A stretch of 64,000 nucleotides of DNA from a bacterium (GTDB taxonomy: Bacteria; Zhuqueibacterota; Zhuqueibacteria; Residuimicrobiales; Krinioviventaceae): positions 224,001-288,000 of the forward strand of contig CAXXFV010000003.1 of the NCBI GenBank assembly GCA_963674595.2, read 5' to 3'. Shown in pieces: positions 1-10,643 of this stretch (its first letter is position 1; each line of letters begins with the position of its first letter). Under the pieces are notes generated by a model. That model made no database searches. It was not told where the DNA came from and was given only the letters and a program-made list of their open reading frames with translations. A program made the translations under genes and the position numbers.

Positions 1-2
1 CC

Positions 3-1121
3 GCAAAAGAGTTATTAAAAAATACCGATCACAATCCGGAACTATATTCCGGTTCAAAAGACGAATGGAAAAAACTGTGTCAGCGCAATGATATTGATCT
101 GGTGATTGTAACGACTCCCTGGTACATGCACGCGGAGATGGCAATTTATGCCATGGAACAAGGGAAACACGTTGCATCCGAGGTGCCTGCTGCCGGCACA
201 ATCGAAGAGGCATGGCAACTGGTCGAAACAGCGGAACGCACCCGCAAACATTGTATGATGCTGGAAAACTATTCTTATATGCCTTTTCAACTGGTGATGT
301 TGAATATGGCACGGCAAGGATTTTTTGGCGAAATAGTACACGGGGACTGTGCCTATAATACAAGTAAAATGAAAAATAACTTTAACAAAAATATGTACTG
401 GAATATGTGGTGGCTGAGACAGTATGGTAGCCGAAGGGGAAATATTTATCCAACACACGGACTCGGTCCAATTGCACAAATGATGGATATAAACAGGGGC
501 GATAAATTAGAGTTTCTCGTATCTGTGGAAAGCAAAGATTTTATGATGGCTGCCAAAGCTAAAGAACTTGCAAAAACCGACAGTTTTTTTGAGGAATTTG
601 CAGACCTGGATTATCGAGGTAATATGAGCACGACGGTTATTAAAACGACACAAGGACGGACCATCATGTTGCAGCACGACGCAACAACGCCTTCCCCCCA
701 TAACATGATTCACGGAATTTATGGCACTCAAGGAGCCGCCCTTTATGATCCGCCGCCTCCAAGAATTTCCACCGGAAATCATAAATGGGTTTCTGATAAA
801 GAATGTGAAAAGCTCAAGATTAAGTATACACCGGAAATATTTAATAAACTGAATGAACTATCAAAAAACAGCGGACATGGCGGTTCAGACCTGAAAATAG
901 ACTGGCACTTGATTGACTGTCTGCACAACGGTCTGCCGTTGGACCAGGATGTGTATGACGCAGCCGCATGGAGTTCCATTGTGCCGCTTTCGGACTGGTC
1001 GGTGAGAAACAACTCAAACTCGATAAAAATACCTGATTTTACAGCCGGTGCCTGGAAAACAAACAAACGTAACATGGATATCGATCTAAGTCGTGGCGGC
1101 AACACAAAAATAATTGTATAA
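3..1121 (+). CDS. Gfo/Idh/MocA oxidoreductase, GH109 alpha-N-acetylgalactosaminidase-like (5'-truncated by the window edge)
   Basis: Frame is open from base 3 (AKELLK...DIDLVIVTTPW). Motifs GKHVASEVP, MMLENY, YPTHGLGP, GHGGSD and DVYDAAAWS are typical of GH109. Confidence 0.85.
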   Translation, partial: AKELLKNTDHNPELYSGSKDEWKKLCQRNDIDLVIVTTPWYMHAEMAIYAMEQGKHVASEVPAAGTIEEAWQLVETAERTRKHCMMLENYSYMPFQLVMLNMARQGFFGEIVHGDCAYNTSKMKNNFNKNMYWNMWWLRQYGSRRGNIYPTHGLGPIAQMMDINRGDKLEFLVSVESKDFMMAAKAKELAKTDSFFEEFADLDYRGNMSTTVIKTTQGRTIMLQHDATTPSPHNMIHGIYGTQGAALYDPPPPRISTGNHKWVSDKECEKLKIKYTPEIFNKLNELSKNSGHGGSDLKIDWHLIDCLHNGLPLDQDVYDAAAWSSIVPLSDWSVRNNSNSIKIPDFTAGAWKTNKRNMDIDLSRGGNTKIIV

Positions 1122-1215
1122 ATGTAACCTGTAAAATTAATAGGAAGATGGATTAAAATTCTATCCCATCTGCACCATGAATGACATTTAAATAAAAAAA
1201 TTGTCAAGGATAATT

Positions 1216-2526
1216 ATGCGATTATCAAACTTTTTCCAAGTACTTTTTTTCATTATTTGTTTGAATTGTGTATTCTGTACATCGGACAAGGAAACCAATA
1301 CAATAGAATATGACCTTGGAAATGGTGTTAAGCTATGTCTGGATGAACCGGTTGTGGTTGCAGTATCAGAAGTGGGCGAGAAGCGCTGGGGGCATCACCA
1401 ATTCGTCAGTATTTCACCTTACCCCGGCGACAGGATCCTGCTTCGCTATCATGTCGGGAAAGACGCTGTCTCAGCTTATGGGACGGCCTCACCCACCTAC
1501 ATCTCTGACGACAAGGGTGAAAGCTGGAAGCCATTAGTCGACGACTCACTTCCAAAGTCAGGATTAAGTTGTCCGTTATTCAACGGCGAATTTATCTGCC
1601 TGCCCATGGCCAAACCGTTCAATATAAAAGAGGCGAATCTGGCATTGCCTAAACCAATAGCTAAAGTTTATGCCTATAACTGGAATTTATTTTACAGCCT
1701 TGATGAATGTCCGCCAGCTATCCAAAATTACAAAAAGAATATGGAAGCCTCGCGCTGGACACCTGAATCAAAGCAGTGGCAGGACGAAATCATCCATTAT
1801 GACAGTAAGGATGCTTTAATATGGACCACAGCCAAAGAAGAAGAAAGTGTGCTTGTTTCGCGTACGGCCTTTGAACGTCCACCGTTAAAATTTGGCAATG
1901 AACTTTTTTATGCTGACTATCGCAGCAATTATCTCAATCCGGATGGTTCAGTGCCAAAGCATTTTAGTGTAACATGCATGGTTTCAAATGACAACGGTCA
2001 TAATTGGGAAAAAAGGTCACTTATTGCCACTGATGACAACGGCAAAGATGCAATGACAGAACCGATGCTGGCAGTCAATGCAAATGGTGAACTGGTCTGT
2101 GTTATCCGGCGAACAGACCATAACCAAAAGTCAATGATGATTACCTTTTCAAAAGATAGAGGAAAAACCTGGGAAAAACCGGTTGCACTCAATCAGCTTG
2201 GTAATTTCGGCGTAATGCCCTGTCTTACTCAACTTGATTGTGGAGTCATGGCGCTTTCCTATGGGCGACCGGGCATTTGGTTGTCTTTTTCACTTAACGG
2301 AACAGGACGGGAATGGACCGAACCGTTTCGTATACTTGAAGGCGACAACCGTAAAAAAATGGAAATAACTGACGGTTATACAACCATGCTGCCAATTGGT
2401 CCGAACCAACTTTTAATGGCCTATACGGATTTTGATTACAAAGATAAGCAGGGAAATCAACGAAAGGCCATACTCGTACGCAAGCTGGAAATAAAAGGTG
2501 CTGATAAGTTTAAAGGCGGGAGATGA
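1216..2526 (+). CDS. Secreted BNR/Asp-box sialidase-family (GH33-like) protein
   Basis: Signal peptide; Asp-boxes SDDKGESW, SNDNGHNW, SKDRGKTW; late GYT motif. ATG at 1216 follows AAGGA. Confidence 0.75.
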   Translation: MRLSNFFQVLFFIICLNCVFCTSDKETNTIEYDLGNGVKLCLDEPVVVAVSEVGEKRWGHHQFVSISPYPGDRILLRYHVGKDAVSAYGTASPTYISDDKGESWKPLVDDSLPKSGLSCPLFNGEFICLPMAKPFNIKEANLALPKPIAKVYAYNWNLFYSLDECPPAIQNYKKNMEASRWTPESKQWQDEIIHYDSKDALIWTTAKEEESVLVSRTAFERPPLKFGNELFYADYRSNYLNPDGSVPKHFSVTCMVSNDNGHNWEKRSLIATDDNGKDAMTEPMLAVNANGELVCVIRRTDHNQKSMMITFSKDRGKTWEKPVALNQLGNFGVMPCLTQLDCGVMALSYGRPGIWLSFSLNGTGREWTEPFRILEGDNRKKMEITDGYTTMLPIGPNQLLMAYTDFDYKDKQGNQRKAILVRKLEIKGADKFKGGR

Positions 2527-2692
2527 GATTTAACCTTTACCAAATATTGCCAATATACGAAAAAGGTGTATATTGCACCTGACTTTTTCAGGTGTTAAAC
2601 AATTCAAATTAAATATAAATGATTTATTTTGCAATGCAGTTATTGGTTACATCAGATTAGAGATTAAATCATCAGCAATGTACAGTGTGAAT

Positions 2693-2715
2693 AGCGCACC
2701 TTTTTTGAGGTGCGC
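2693..2715. terminator. Hairpin between convergent genes (further hairpins at ~2550-2595)
   Basis: gcgcacct-ttttttg-aggtgcgc inverted repeat. Confidence 0.45.
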
Positions 2716-2756
2716 CTATATCCCTTTTGATTTTACTGTTTATTGCTGCCGGTGTA

Positions 2757-3830
2757 TTATTTGGTTTGATTTATAACATAGTGAGTCTGTGTTGGAAATG
2801 CCATTTCAATTCCAGAGTCATCAAGATTTCGTTTAATACCCATATTTACTTTATGAACAATAATTTTCCAGTTATCATTATCAGTAATCCAGTACACTAT
2901 TTCTAAATCGAGAGAAAAAGCTCCGAAATTGACAAAACGAATCATGATATCATTATAGTCAATACCATCAATATTCTGTAATGTCTTGCGAATAATTTCC
3001 ATTGCTCTTTCCATATCGTCTGATGAGGTTTCATATACCAGACCTATTGTGATAACCTGACGGCGTCTTTCACGTTTTGAAAAATTCTCAACCATTGTGT
3101 CAACAATAGTACTATTAGGGACAACAACATGAGTACCGCCAACTGTTTTAATTCGTGTACTTCTCATTCCAACCTCTATAACAGAGCCGGAACGGCCATC
3201 CACTTCAATCCAATCATCAATTTGAAAAGGTTTGTCCCAAAAGATCGTTATACCGCCAATAATATTTTTTACGGCATCCTGCGCTGCAAGCGCAATCGCA
3301 AGTCCACCGATACCAATACCTGCCAGGATTGATAATATATCATACCCCAAATTAGATAAAATTACAATCGCTGCAAGTATCAAAATGACGGTTTTGATTG
3401 ACTTTTTCAAGATAGGTAATATTTGATCATCAAGTTTACTTTCAGACTTGCTGACCATAGGCTCGACGTACACTGTAATCAACATTTCAAAAAAACGTAC
3501 CAGAAACCATGTTACGGTTAATGTCAGCATTGTAATAACGACATTGTTAAAGAATTTTTCTCCCGTACCATTTAACACAAGGAATTTGGCGCCAAAGAAA
3601 ACACCTCCGGTTGCAATCAGTAAAACAATTGGCTCTTCAATAATGTCAACCAGATAATCATCAAACCGGTTTTTTGATTTTTCTGCCAATCTTCTAAGAT
3701 ATGTTTTGAAAAAATAATAAACAATTCGACCAATAATAAGAGACAGGACAATCGTACCGAAAAACAGTAAATATTTACCAATAGAATTATTAAAAATAGT
3801 ATAGTCTATAGCTTCACGAATTGAATCCAT
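2757..3830 (-). CDS. Small-conductance mechanosensitive channel (MscS family)
   Basis: TM helices, GIGGLAIALAAQD, KPFQIDDWI, VVVPNS and terminal GIEMAFPT. Confidence 0.92.
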   Translation of the reverse strand: MDSIREAIDYTIFNNSIGKYLLFFGTIVLSLIIGRIVYYFFKTYLRRLAEKSKNRFDDYLVDIIEEPIVLLIATGGVFFGAKFLVLNGTGEKFFNNVVITMLTLTVTWFLVRFFEMLITVYVEPMVSKSESKLDDQILPILKKSIKTVILILAAIVILSNLGYDILSILAGIGIGGLAIALAAQDAVKNIIGGITIFWDKPFQIDDWIEVDGRSGSVIEVGMRSTRIKTVGGTHVVVPNSTIVDTMVENFSKRERRRQVITIGLVYETSSDDMERAMEIIRKTLQNIDGIDYNDIMIRFVNFGAFSLDLEIVYWITDNDNWKIIVHKVNMGIKRNLDDSGIEMAFPTQTHYVINQTK

Positions 3831-4554
3831 TTTAACTCCATTTAAGTCATTAACTTTTTATTCAATCAAACTTTTTAGATTATAATTACATGATCGAAAT
3901 AATATAAAAAATAAAGTCCTGGATGACTAATTTTCCAAGACTTGTAGCCTAACAAGTAATTTTGCCTTCCAAGGTTCCGGCTTTAGCGATCTGATTTTGT
4001 AGTTTGTCAATATGTTGTTCTTTCTTTTTTCGGATTTATAAGGTAAAGAGAATTGTAAAAACTTTAAATTATGTTGTTATTTACATAAAAAATTCTTAAT
4101 CAATTTTAATTATACAATACTCGATATTTTACGTAAAGGAAATAACCTCAATTATTAGTCGTCCTTATCATACTCTACTAATAATAACAGGCAAAAGAAA
4201 GAATTTTGACTATTTACAAAAGTAAATATTAATTTTAATCCAAACAAGGCATTTTTTATTTTTGTGAAAGGACAATATTCTTATGTGTGGATACTGATGG
4301 ATTTGGTAAGAATTTGACAAAGATAAAGAGACGTTAAAAGTGTTAAACATAGCCTTGATAAAGTAATAACAAAAGCACATACGTCTTGCAACATGCCTGT
4401 CCGGCAACTGTACATATTGTCCCCATAAACCGGCTAAAAATAAAAAGAAAGAGAGATATACACTCATATCCAAAAGGATCGGGAACGCAACCAATAATTA
4501 GATGATGGACAAATTTTATTTACCAAATTTATTTTTTAAGGAGAGAAAACAAAA

Positions 4555-5667
4555 ATGAAGAAAAAAGGAATTAGTCTATTTATAATTATAATTACAATAT
4601 GTGCCATTCAGAGTTGTCATAGAAATGATAATTTATTTCCAAAAGAAATCGTATTATGTTTGGAACCGTCAGGGGACAATCCCCGAAACAGCGAAGGTGA
4701 TTTTATCCAATTGACAGATGGACGGATATTGTTTGTGTATACTCATTTCTCCGGTGGTGATTCCGATCATGCCAAAGCCAGCCTGATGGGACGCTATTCG
4801 GACGATGGCGGCAAAACCTGGACGAAAGAAGACGTAGAAATTATCCCGAATGAAGGCAATATGAACGTGATGTCCGTATCGCTGCTTCGGCTGGATAATG
4901 GTCAAATTGCACTGTTTTACCTGCGAAAAAATTCCCTGGAAGATTGTGTCCCGATGATGCGGTTATCTTCTGATGAAGCGAATTCGTGGAGTGAGCCCAT
5001 TCAATGTATTCAGGAAACCGGTTATTATATTTTAAATAACGACCGTGTTATCCAGTTGCCAAACGGTCGAATTGTACTTCCGGTATCACGACATACATCT
5101 CCGGGAAAAGAGTGGCACGCATCCGGGCGTATCATGTGTTATTATTCGGATGATTATGGTAAAACCTGGACAGGTTCACAAGAGGTACCAAATCCAAACA
5201 AAGTATATGTGCAGGAACCCGGCGCGATTCAACTAAAAAACGGCGATGTTATGATGTTTTGCCGCACCGACAAGGGTGTACAATATCTGTCATTTTCAAA
5301 AGACCAATGTGAAAGCTGGTCACAGTTTGAACCAAGTAACATTGTTTCACCGAGGTCTCCGGCAGCGATTGAGCGCATCCCGTCAACCAATGATTTGTTC
5401 ATGGTATGGAATGAAAACTATGAACCCGAACATCGCGGCGCGGGGCGTCGTACGCCCCAGAGCATAGCAATTTCTACAGATGACGGCAAAAACTGGAAAA
5501 AGCTTGGTGATATTGAAGACGATCCGATTGGTTGGTTTTGTTATACGGCAATTGACTTTACAGACGATCATGTTCTGCTGGCATATTGTGCCGGCAACAA
5601 ACTACACGCAGGATTGAACAGAACTCAGATCAGCCGTTTAAAAATTGCAGATTTTTATAGCGAATAA
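4555..5667 (+). CDS. Sialidase/BNR repeat lipoprotein
   Basis: Lipobox-like IQSC; PRNSEGDF motif; Asp-boxes SDDGGKTW, SSDEANSW, SDDYGKTW, STDDGKNW; AAGGAG RBS. Confidence 0.85.
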   Translation: MKKKGISLFIIIITICAIQSCHRNDNLFPKEIVLCLEPSGDNPRNSEGDFIQLTDGRILFVYTHFSGGDSDHAKASLMGRYSDDGGKTWTKEDVEIIPNEGNMNVMSVSLLRLDNGQIALFYLRKNSLEDCVPMMRLSSDEANSWSEPIQCIQETGYYILNNDRVIQLPNGRIVLPVSRHTSPGKEWHASGRIMCYYSDDYGKTWTGSQEVPNPNKVYVQEPGAIQLKNGDVMMFCRTDKGVQYLSFSKDQCESWSQFEPSNIVSPRSPAAIERIPSTNDLFMVWNENYEPEHRGAGRRTPQSIAISTDDGKNWKKLGDIEDDPIGWFCYTAIDFTDDHVLLAYCAGNKLHAGLNRTQISRLKIADFYSE

Positions 5668-5759
5668 CAGCTTAAAGACATTATGCGGGGTTCCGGAACG
5701 GCGCCCTGCATAAAATTTATTATTCGTACATTCCTCATACTCTTCCATTTAAATTTTCC

Positions 5760-5811
5760 TTGACAATAACAGCAGAAAAGCGTATCTTTATTCAAGATAT
5801 ACGTGAACGTA
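5760..5811 (+). promoter_or_regulatory. Sigma70 promoter plus palindromic operator upstream of the MerR gene
   Basis: TTGACA(5760)-17 nt-TATCTT(5783); palindrome TACGT-GA-ACGTA at 5800-5811. Confidence 0.65.
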
Positions 5812-5851
5812 CATGTTTAATTAAAAATAAAAGTAAACGCTTGGAGACACT

Positions 5852-6556
5852 TTGAAAGAACGGGTATTTACAAGAGATGAATTTCTTATAAAAACACAAA
5901 CCTCAGAACATGATTTAGCACTTTGGGAAAAGAATAAATTAATTCAATCCATGGGATTCACAGAAGACCAGACACCCATTTATTCACAACCTGCAATTGA
6001 GCAGGTAGAACAGATAAAAAAGTTACAGGAATTGGGATATGATCTGGATGGCGTGCAAAAGATTATTAAAAAAGTGGGATTACCCCAACAATCCAAATCC
6101 GGTAAAGACAGCAGCAAAGGCAAACAATATATTACTGTTGGCAATTTAGCAGAGCGAATTGGAGTAAGCCCCCGAACGCTTAAACATTGGGAAGACAAAG
6201 GTATCATCGTGCCGGATATGCGAAGCGAAGGCGGTTTTCGGCTTTATTCAGAACACTATGTTTATCTATGCCATTTGATTCAGGATTTACAATTGTTCGG
6301 TTACTCTTTAGAGCAGATAAAAATCATATCCGATTATTTTCGAGAATTCCTGAGGTTGGATACATCCCTCGAATCCATGCCGGCACAGGAAGCTGAAGAA
6401 AAATTGAATGAGATGTCCGGAGAAATCGATCAATTGATAAAAAAAATTAATAGTTACAAAGAAGGCATTCAGCGCTGGGAAGATTTATTAAAAAATAAAA
6501 AGAAACAGGTCCAGGGTTTAAAAAACAAAAATCAAAAACGAAAGAATGAAAAATAA
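5852..6556 (+). CDS. MerR-family regulator with two tandem MerR HTH domains
   Basis: WEKNKLI...LQELGYDL and TLKHWEDKGII...RSEGGFRLY...LQLFGYSLEQI, then a C-terminal coiled coil. TTG start after GGAG. Confidence 0.85.
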   Translation: MKERVFTRDEFLIKTQTSEHDLALWEKNKLIQSMGFTEDQTPIYSQPAIEQVEQIKKLQELGYDLDGVQKIIKKVGLPQQSKSGKDSSKGKQYITVGNLAERIGVSPRTLKHWEDKGIIVPDMRSEGGFRLYSEHYVYLCHLIQDLQLFGYSLEQIKIISDYFREFLRLDTSLESMPAQEAEEKLNEMSGEIDQLIKKINSYKEGIQRWEDLLKNKKKQVQGLKNKNQKRKNEK

Positions 6557-7829
6557 AATGATTTGTTCTCAGCTCATTTCTGTTCCGCCAAACCAGGCCC
6601 CCGCTATACACGCGGCACATCATCCCTGCTACCAGGATGATTATCAGCGTTTACACCATCTTTACCATTCATTGCAGCCGGGCAAAGCCGTAAAAAAAGA
6701 CGGCCTGATCATTGAAAAGATGCCTTTTCATTCCGAACATGCATTGGTCACCAAAACTCAACCGGACTATACCATGAACCGGTCATTTAAGGCGCTTTTC
6801 CAATACTACCTGGCTCAAAACACCTATTCAAATCAATATATTTTTAAAAGCCTGCAAGTGTCTGATGCGGATGTTTTAGAAAATCAAAATTTCCAGCTCA
6901 TTCTGCTGAGACCCAGTTCCGAATTTCCAATCCGCAAAGTGATTGTTATGCTCCACGGCTTAAACGAAAAGTCCTGGGACAAATACCTTCCCTGGGCAAA
7001 TGATCTGGTCCGTCGTACCGGGGCGGCCGTGCTTCTTTTTCCCACGGCCTTTCACATGGACCGTGCGCCGGAAACCTGGAGCAGTCCCAAATTAATGCGA
7101 CAGGTGGCAAAAGAACGGGAATCCCTGTTCCCGGAAGTAACACATGCTACGTTTGCCAATGCGGCCATCAGCCACAGATTGCAATTTGCGCCGGAACGGT
7201 TTCTGACGTCAGGGATACAAACCTATCACGATATTATTTCTCTTTCCTGGCAAATCCGGGGCGGGCAATTTTCATATATTGATAAAGATGCTGATATTGA
7301 TTTTTTCGGATATTCTGCCGGCGCGTTTCTGGGAGAAATTTTAATGATGGCCAGCCCTTCGCAACTGTTTGATGGTTCTAAATTATTCATGTTCTGCGGA
7401 GGGGCAACCATGAACCAAACCCATCCTGTTTCCAAAATGATCCTGGACAGCGAAGCCAGCGAATCCCTGACTGTATACCTGGATTCTTTTGAACGACAGG
7501 GCCATCATACCCCGCTGCCGATGGAATCACATCTTTTTTTCAAAGCCATGCTTCACGAAAGCCAGAATCCCGAATTCAGGGCAAAACGCTTTGCTGAAAT
7601 CGGAGCGCGTATTTTTGCCGTTGGTTTGGAAAACGATACGGTTATTCCGGCTGAAGCCATCAAAAGAACCATAACCGTACCGGGTGAACAAATTCAAAAC
7701 ATGACGCACCTGGATTTCGACCATCCCTATACCCATGAAAATCCCTTTCCTGTTGTTGAAAAATATAAATCCGACATTCAAAAATCCTTTGAACAGGTTA
7801 TGACACTGGCGGCCGATTTTTATCTGTAA
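6546..7829 (+). CDS. Alpha/beta-fold hydrolase (DUF6051-like)
   Basis: MLHGLNE, FPTAFHMDRAP, nucleophile elbow GYSAG, YTHENPFP; overlaps the MerR stop codon. Confidence 0.75.
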   Translation: MKNKMICSQLISVPPNQAPAIHAAHHPCYQDDYQRLHHLYHSLQPGKAVKKDGLIIEKMPFHSEHALVTKTQPDYTMNRSFKALFQYYLAQNTYSNQYIFKSLQVSDADVLENQNFQLILLRPSSEFPIRKVIVMLHGLNEKSWDKYLPWANDLVRRTGAAVLLFPTAFHMDRAPETWSSPKLMRQVAKERESLFPEVTHATFANAAISHRLQFAPERFLTSGIQTYHDIISLSWQIRGGQFSYIDKDADIDFFGYSAGAFLGEILMMASPSQLFDGSKLFMFCGGATMNQTHPVSKMILDSEASESLTVYLDSFERQGHHTPLPMESHLFFKAMLHESQNPEFRAKRFAEIGARIFAVGLENDTVIPAEAIKRTITVPGEQIQNMTHLDFDHPYTHENPFPVVEKYKSDIQKSFEQVMTLAADFYL

Positions 7830-7854
7830 ATACAGGCACTCTTATAATCACCTC

Positions 7855-8126
7855 CAAAAAAAAATACAATCATTCTCAACATTTTTCAAAAAGCACTTGC
7901 ACTGTTTTTAAATTATATGTATTATTAATGTATCAGTAATATTATTTATTTCAGAATAATTTATCGAGCATGGGAATTACTGATACGCTTATTATTTTCT
8001 AATTGCAAATTATGGGATTTAAAAACACATACAAGGAAGAGATCGCCTGTTTTTTAGCATCATATCCCTGTTCTTTCTAATATAAATTATTGGGTCAAGT
8101 GTGTTCGGTTATTGGCATAGATTGAC
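7855..8126 (+). repeat. Dispersed promoter plus structured leader element, copy 1
   Basis: TTGCAC(7897)-17-TATTAT(7920); ATCAGTAAT...ATTACTGAT stem; blocks tcgagcatggga, atgggat, caaggaaga, aaattattggg shared with copies 2 and 3. Confidence 0.8.
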
Positions 8127-8242
8127 TGAATTGTTTTTCAGACAAATAATAATGTTTATAATTTTTATTTATTGAAAAACATTTTAACAGAAATGTACAC
8201 AAACCCGTCTCTCGAATTTAGTATTAAAAAAATTGGAGGCAA

Positions 8243-9487
8243 ATGATGTCGAAATCTAATTACCTGCTGATATTAATCTTTTTGTTCAGCCTGAGCTGTC
8301 AGAAAGACAACAATCCGGTTGACAGTAATGAGGTTAACGGCAAAGATGATACAATTGATATCAGCGTAAAAGAATCCAATTTATATGTAAATCTTGTATT
8401 TACTGACTCGACTTTTAGCGATTTAAATGGAGTACCGGTACGAATAGAAGGCGCAGTCTCTGATACACAAAAAACAGACGGCTCGGGAATTGCCTGGTTT
8501 AAATCAATACCAACCGGAAATTATAATGTTTTTATTGACATCTCTTATTTCAAGCCATATTCATCAAACATTGTAGTGACGGACCCGGCTACTCAACTAA
8601 AGGTCAATTTACAAAGACTTTATACAAATTTTAACGGAAAAGTGGTTGACCCCGTGGGGAAACCGGTTTCCAATGTAAACGTCTCCTTGTATTTAAATGA
8701 TGAGTATTTTTATTTAAGTAGAAAGCCCAAAACCATTGGAAATTTTGTAACTGATTCATTAGGTAGTTTTATAGATTCTCTGCCAAATGGAGAATACAAA
8801 ATTGAACTTTCCAAAGAAAATTATATTGACGCAACCTTTCAAATTAACATTGATTCCTCCACGGCAAACACTGACTTGACCATCTCAAAAAAACCAAGTA
8901 TAGATTATTTGCCCTTGCACGTAGGTAATAAATGGACATATAAAGATATTTATACATCGGGTGATCCGATTTATGTTTATCAAAAGTTTATTTCAACATA
9001 CCGGGTTGAGGTAATTTCAAGGGATGAGGCGCCAAATGGATTTAAATACACTCTTTCTCATTCCAAACAGGGGACAAAAATCAGTTATAATTACAGTAAT
9101 GGAATTGATTCTACACAAGTCAGCTATGAAGACGAGTGGCTAGATGAAATAGTTGTTAAAACCGACAGCATTTTAGGCGGATATCCTGCGTGCCGTTTAC
9201 TGCTTAATTATTTTGCAATTGGAGATAATTGGGAATACGATTGGGATTATTATATTAAAGCACAAAATTTTAGTTCATTTGAATTAAACGGCACGACCTT
9301 TCCTTCGGTAGTGCTTAGGATTTCATCCATAATTGGGATGAATTTTTATGAAAATTATGAGTATGCAGGTGACATTGGTTTGGTAAATTTTGAATACTAT
9401 AGAAAAATTGGTCATAATGAAGTTTATAAACGAAAAAGCACACTGGAAGGTGCAGAAATACTCGGAAAAACAACCTGGCCTGATTAA
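8243..9487 (+). CDS. Lipoprotein with carboxypeptidase-regulatory-like (Cna-B-type) domains
   Basis: Lipobox LSC; TDGSG..F..IPTGNY and GKVVD..GKPV...TDSLGSF...GEY repeats; YLPLHVGNKWTY domain; GGAGG RBS. Confidence 0.7.
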   Translation: MMSKSNYLLILIFLFSLSCQKDNNPVDSNEVNGKDDTIDISVKESNLYVNLVFTDSTFSDLNGVPVRIEGAVSDTQKTDGSGIAWFKSIPTGNYNVFIDISYFKPYSSNIVVTDPATQLKVNLQRLYTNFNGKVVDPVGKPVSNVNVSLYLNDEYFYLSRKPKTIGNFVTDSLGSFIDSLPNGEYKIELSKENYIDATFQINIDSSTANTDLTISKKPSIDYLPLHVGNKWTYKDIYTSGDPIYVYQKFISTYRVEVISRDEAPNGFKYTLSHSKQGTKISYNYSNGIDSTQVSYEDEWLDEIVVKTDSILGGYPACRLLLNYFAIGDNWEYDWDYYIKAQNFSSFELNGTTFPSVVLRISSIIGMNFYENYEYAGDIGLVNFEYYRKIGHNEVYKRKSTLEGAEILGKTTWPD

Positions 9488-9705
9488 CTTTTTTAACAGT
9501 CGGCTATTACTATACCCCATATTTATGCCCGGAAAATTCCGATCTCCGGGCATCGGTAAACAGCTTGGCGTATCCATGTATAAGGCATCTTTCTCAAAAA
9601 CATTGTAATAAGATAGATATATAGTTGGGTTCAGCTCATAGGTTCCACTTTCCAAGGGGCTGAACAGTAGAATAATCAAAATTGTAAAGTGTTAACATTT
9701 TATAT

Positions 9706-9990
9706 CCATAAAAAAATAACAATTCCATTATTTTCAACATTTTTCAAAAACCACTTGCGCTAGTTTTAAATAATATGTATTATTCTCTTATCAGCAAAAG
9801 TTTTTTCAGGACGATTGGTCGAGCATGGGAGTTCCTGATGCTCTTTTAGCTGATTTTCTATAATTTAAATATGGGATTAAACTGTACATGCAAGGAAAAG
9901 ATTGTAATTTTTTGAGAATCATATTCTTGGTTATTTATACATTAAATTATTGGGCTGGGAGAGGTGTGTTTGTGTGTAAGATAGATTCAC
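9706..9990 (+). repeat. Dispersed promoter plus structured leader element, copy 2
   Basis: TTGCGC(9755)-17-TATTAT(9778); same conserved blocks as copies 1 and 3. Confidence 0.8.
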
Positions 9991-10111
9991 ATAAAAAATG
10001 ATAATAGTACCACATGTATTATAACATGTCTTAAAATCATATAATAGTAAAAGGCCAAGCTTCTCCTAAATCAAAACCTACAAAATAACAGATTACACAA
10101 TAAGTTGTAAA

Positions 10112-10636
10112 ATGAAAGATTTTATAATGGACATTATCAAAATAGCTACCTCTGGCATATTTGGTATTTTAGGTATATTACTTGGATACTTTTTAAGCCG
10201 TAATAGTACCCAAAAAGCAGTTGACATGTCATTTGAAAAATTAAACATTATTATTGACAAACAAGAATTTATACGAGCTGCAAATAAGTTTCGTAATTCT
10301 TTTATAAAAGAAATCGTAGAGCTTGAAAAAATGGGTAATAATCCCCCCAAAGAAAGTGTTTATAAAGTTTTATTCGCTGCTCGTGATAGACATAAAAATG
10401 CAATGATAGATTTCAGATATTTCTTAAAAGGAGCTGATCTCGACAAATTCAATCAAGCTTGGATAGATTTTTCTGGAGATGATTATGAGAATCAAAATTT
10501 TAAAAAAAGTTATCAACAATATGATGTAAATGAAAACATAGAAAATATTTCTGAATTTGCATTGAAAAAACTAGCAATGAAAAATATAGATAAATTACTT
10601 GATTTTTCTAGACTTGAAAATCATAAAACCATATAA
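10112..10636 (+). CDS. Hypothetical protein with a single N-terminal TM helix
   Basis: 174-aa ORF, hydrophobic IATSGIFGILGILLGYFL, very AT-rich. Confidence 0.6.
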   Translation: MKDFIMDIIKIATSGIFGILGILLGYFLSRNSTQKAVDMSFEKLNIIIDKQEFIRAANKFRNSFIKEIVELEKMGNNPPKESVYKVLFAARDRHKNAMIDFRYFLKGADLDKFNQAWIDFSGDDYENQNFKKSYQQYDVNENIENISEFALKKLAMKNIDKLLDFSRLENHKTI

Positions 10637-10643
10637 TAATAAA

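Noticed and set aside
3921-4164. MITE bounded by ggatgactaat/attagtcgtcc
   Set aside because: Only 11 bp with a mismatch, no target-site duplication seen, and single copy in the window.
7970-8080. Leader peptides inside the repeated element (MGITD..., MGFKN...)
   Set aside because: The start codon is ACG in copy 3, and stop positions and residues are not conserved; the 38-aa antisense ORF in copy 2 is interrupted in copies 1 and 3.
9323-9679. 118-aa minus-strand ORF
   Set aside because: Overlaps the 3' end of the 8243-9487 gene antisense, has a weak start and no recognisable motifs.
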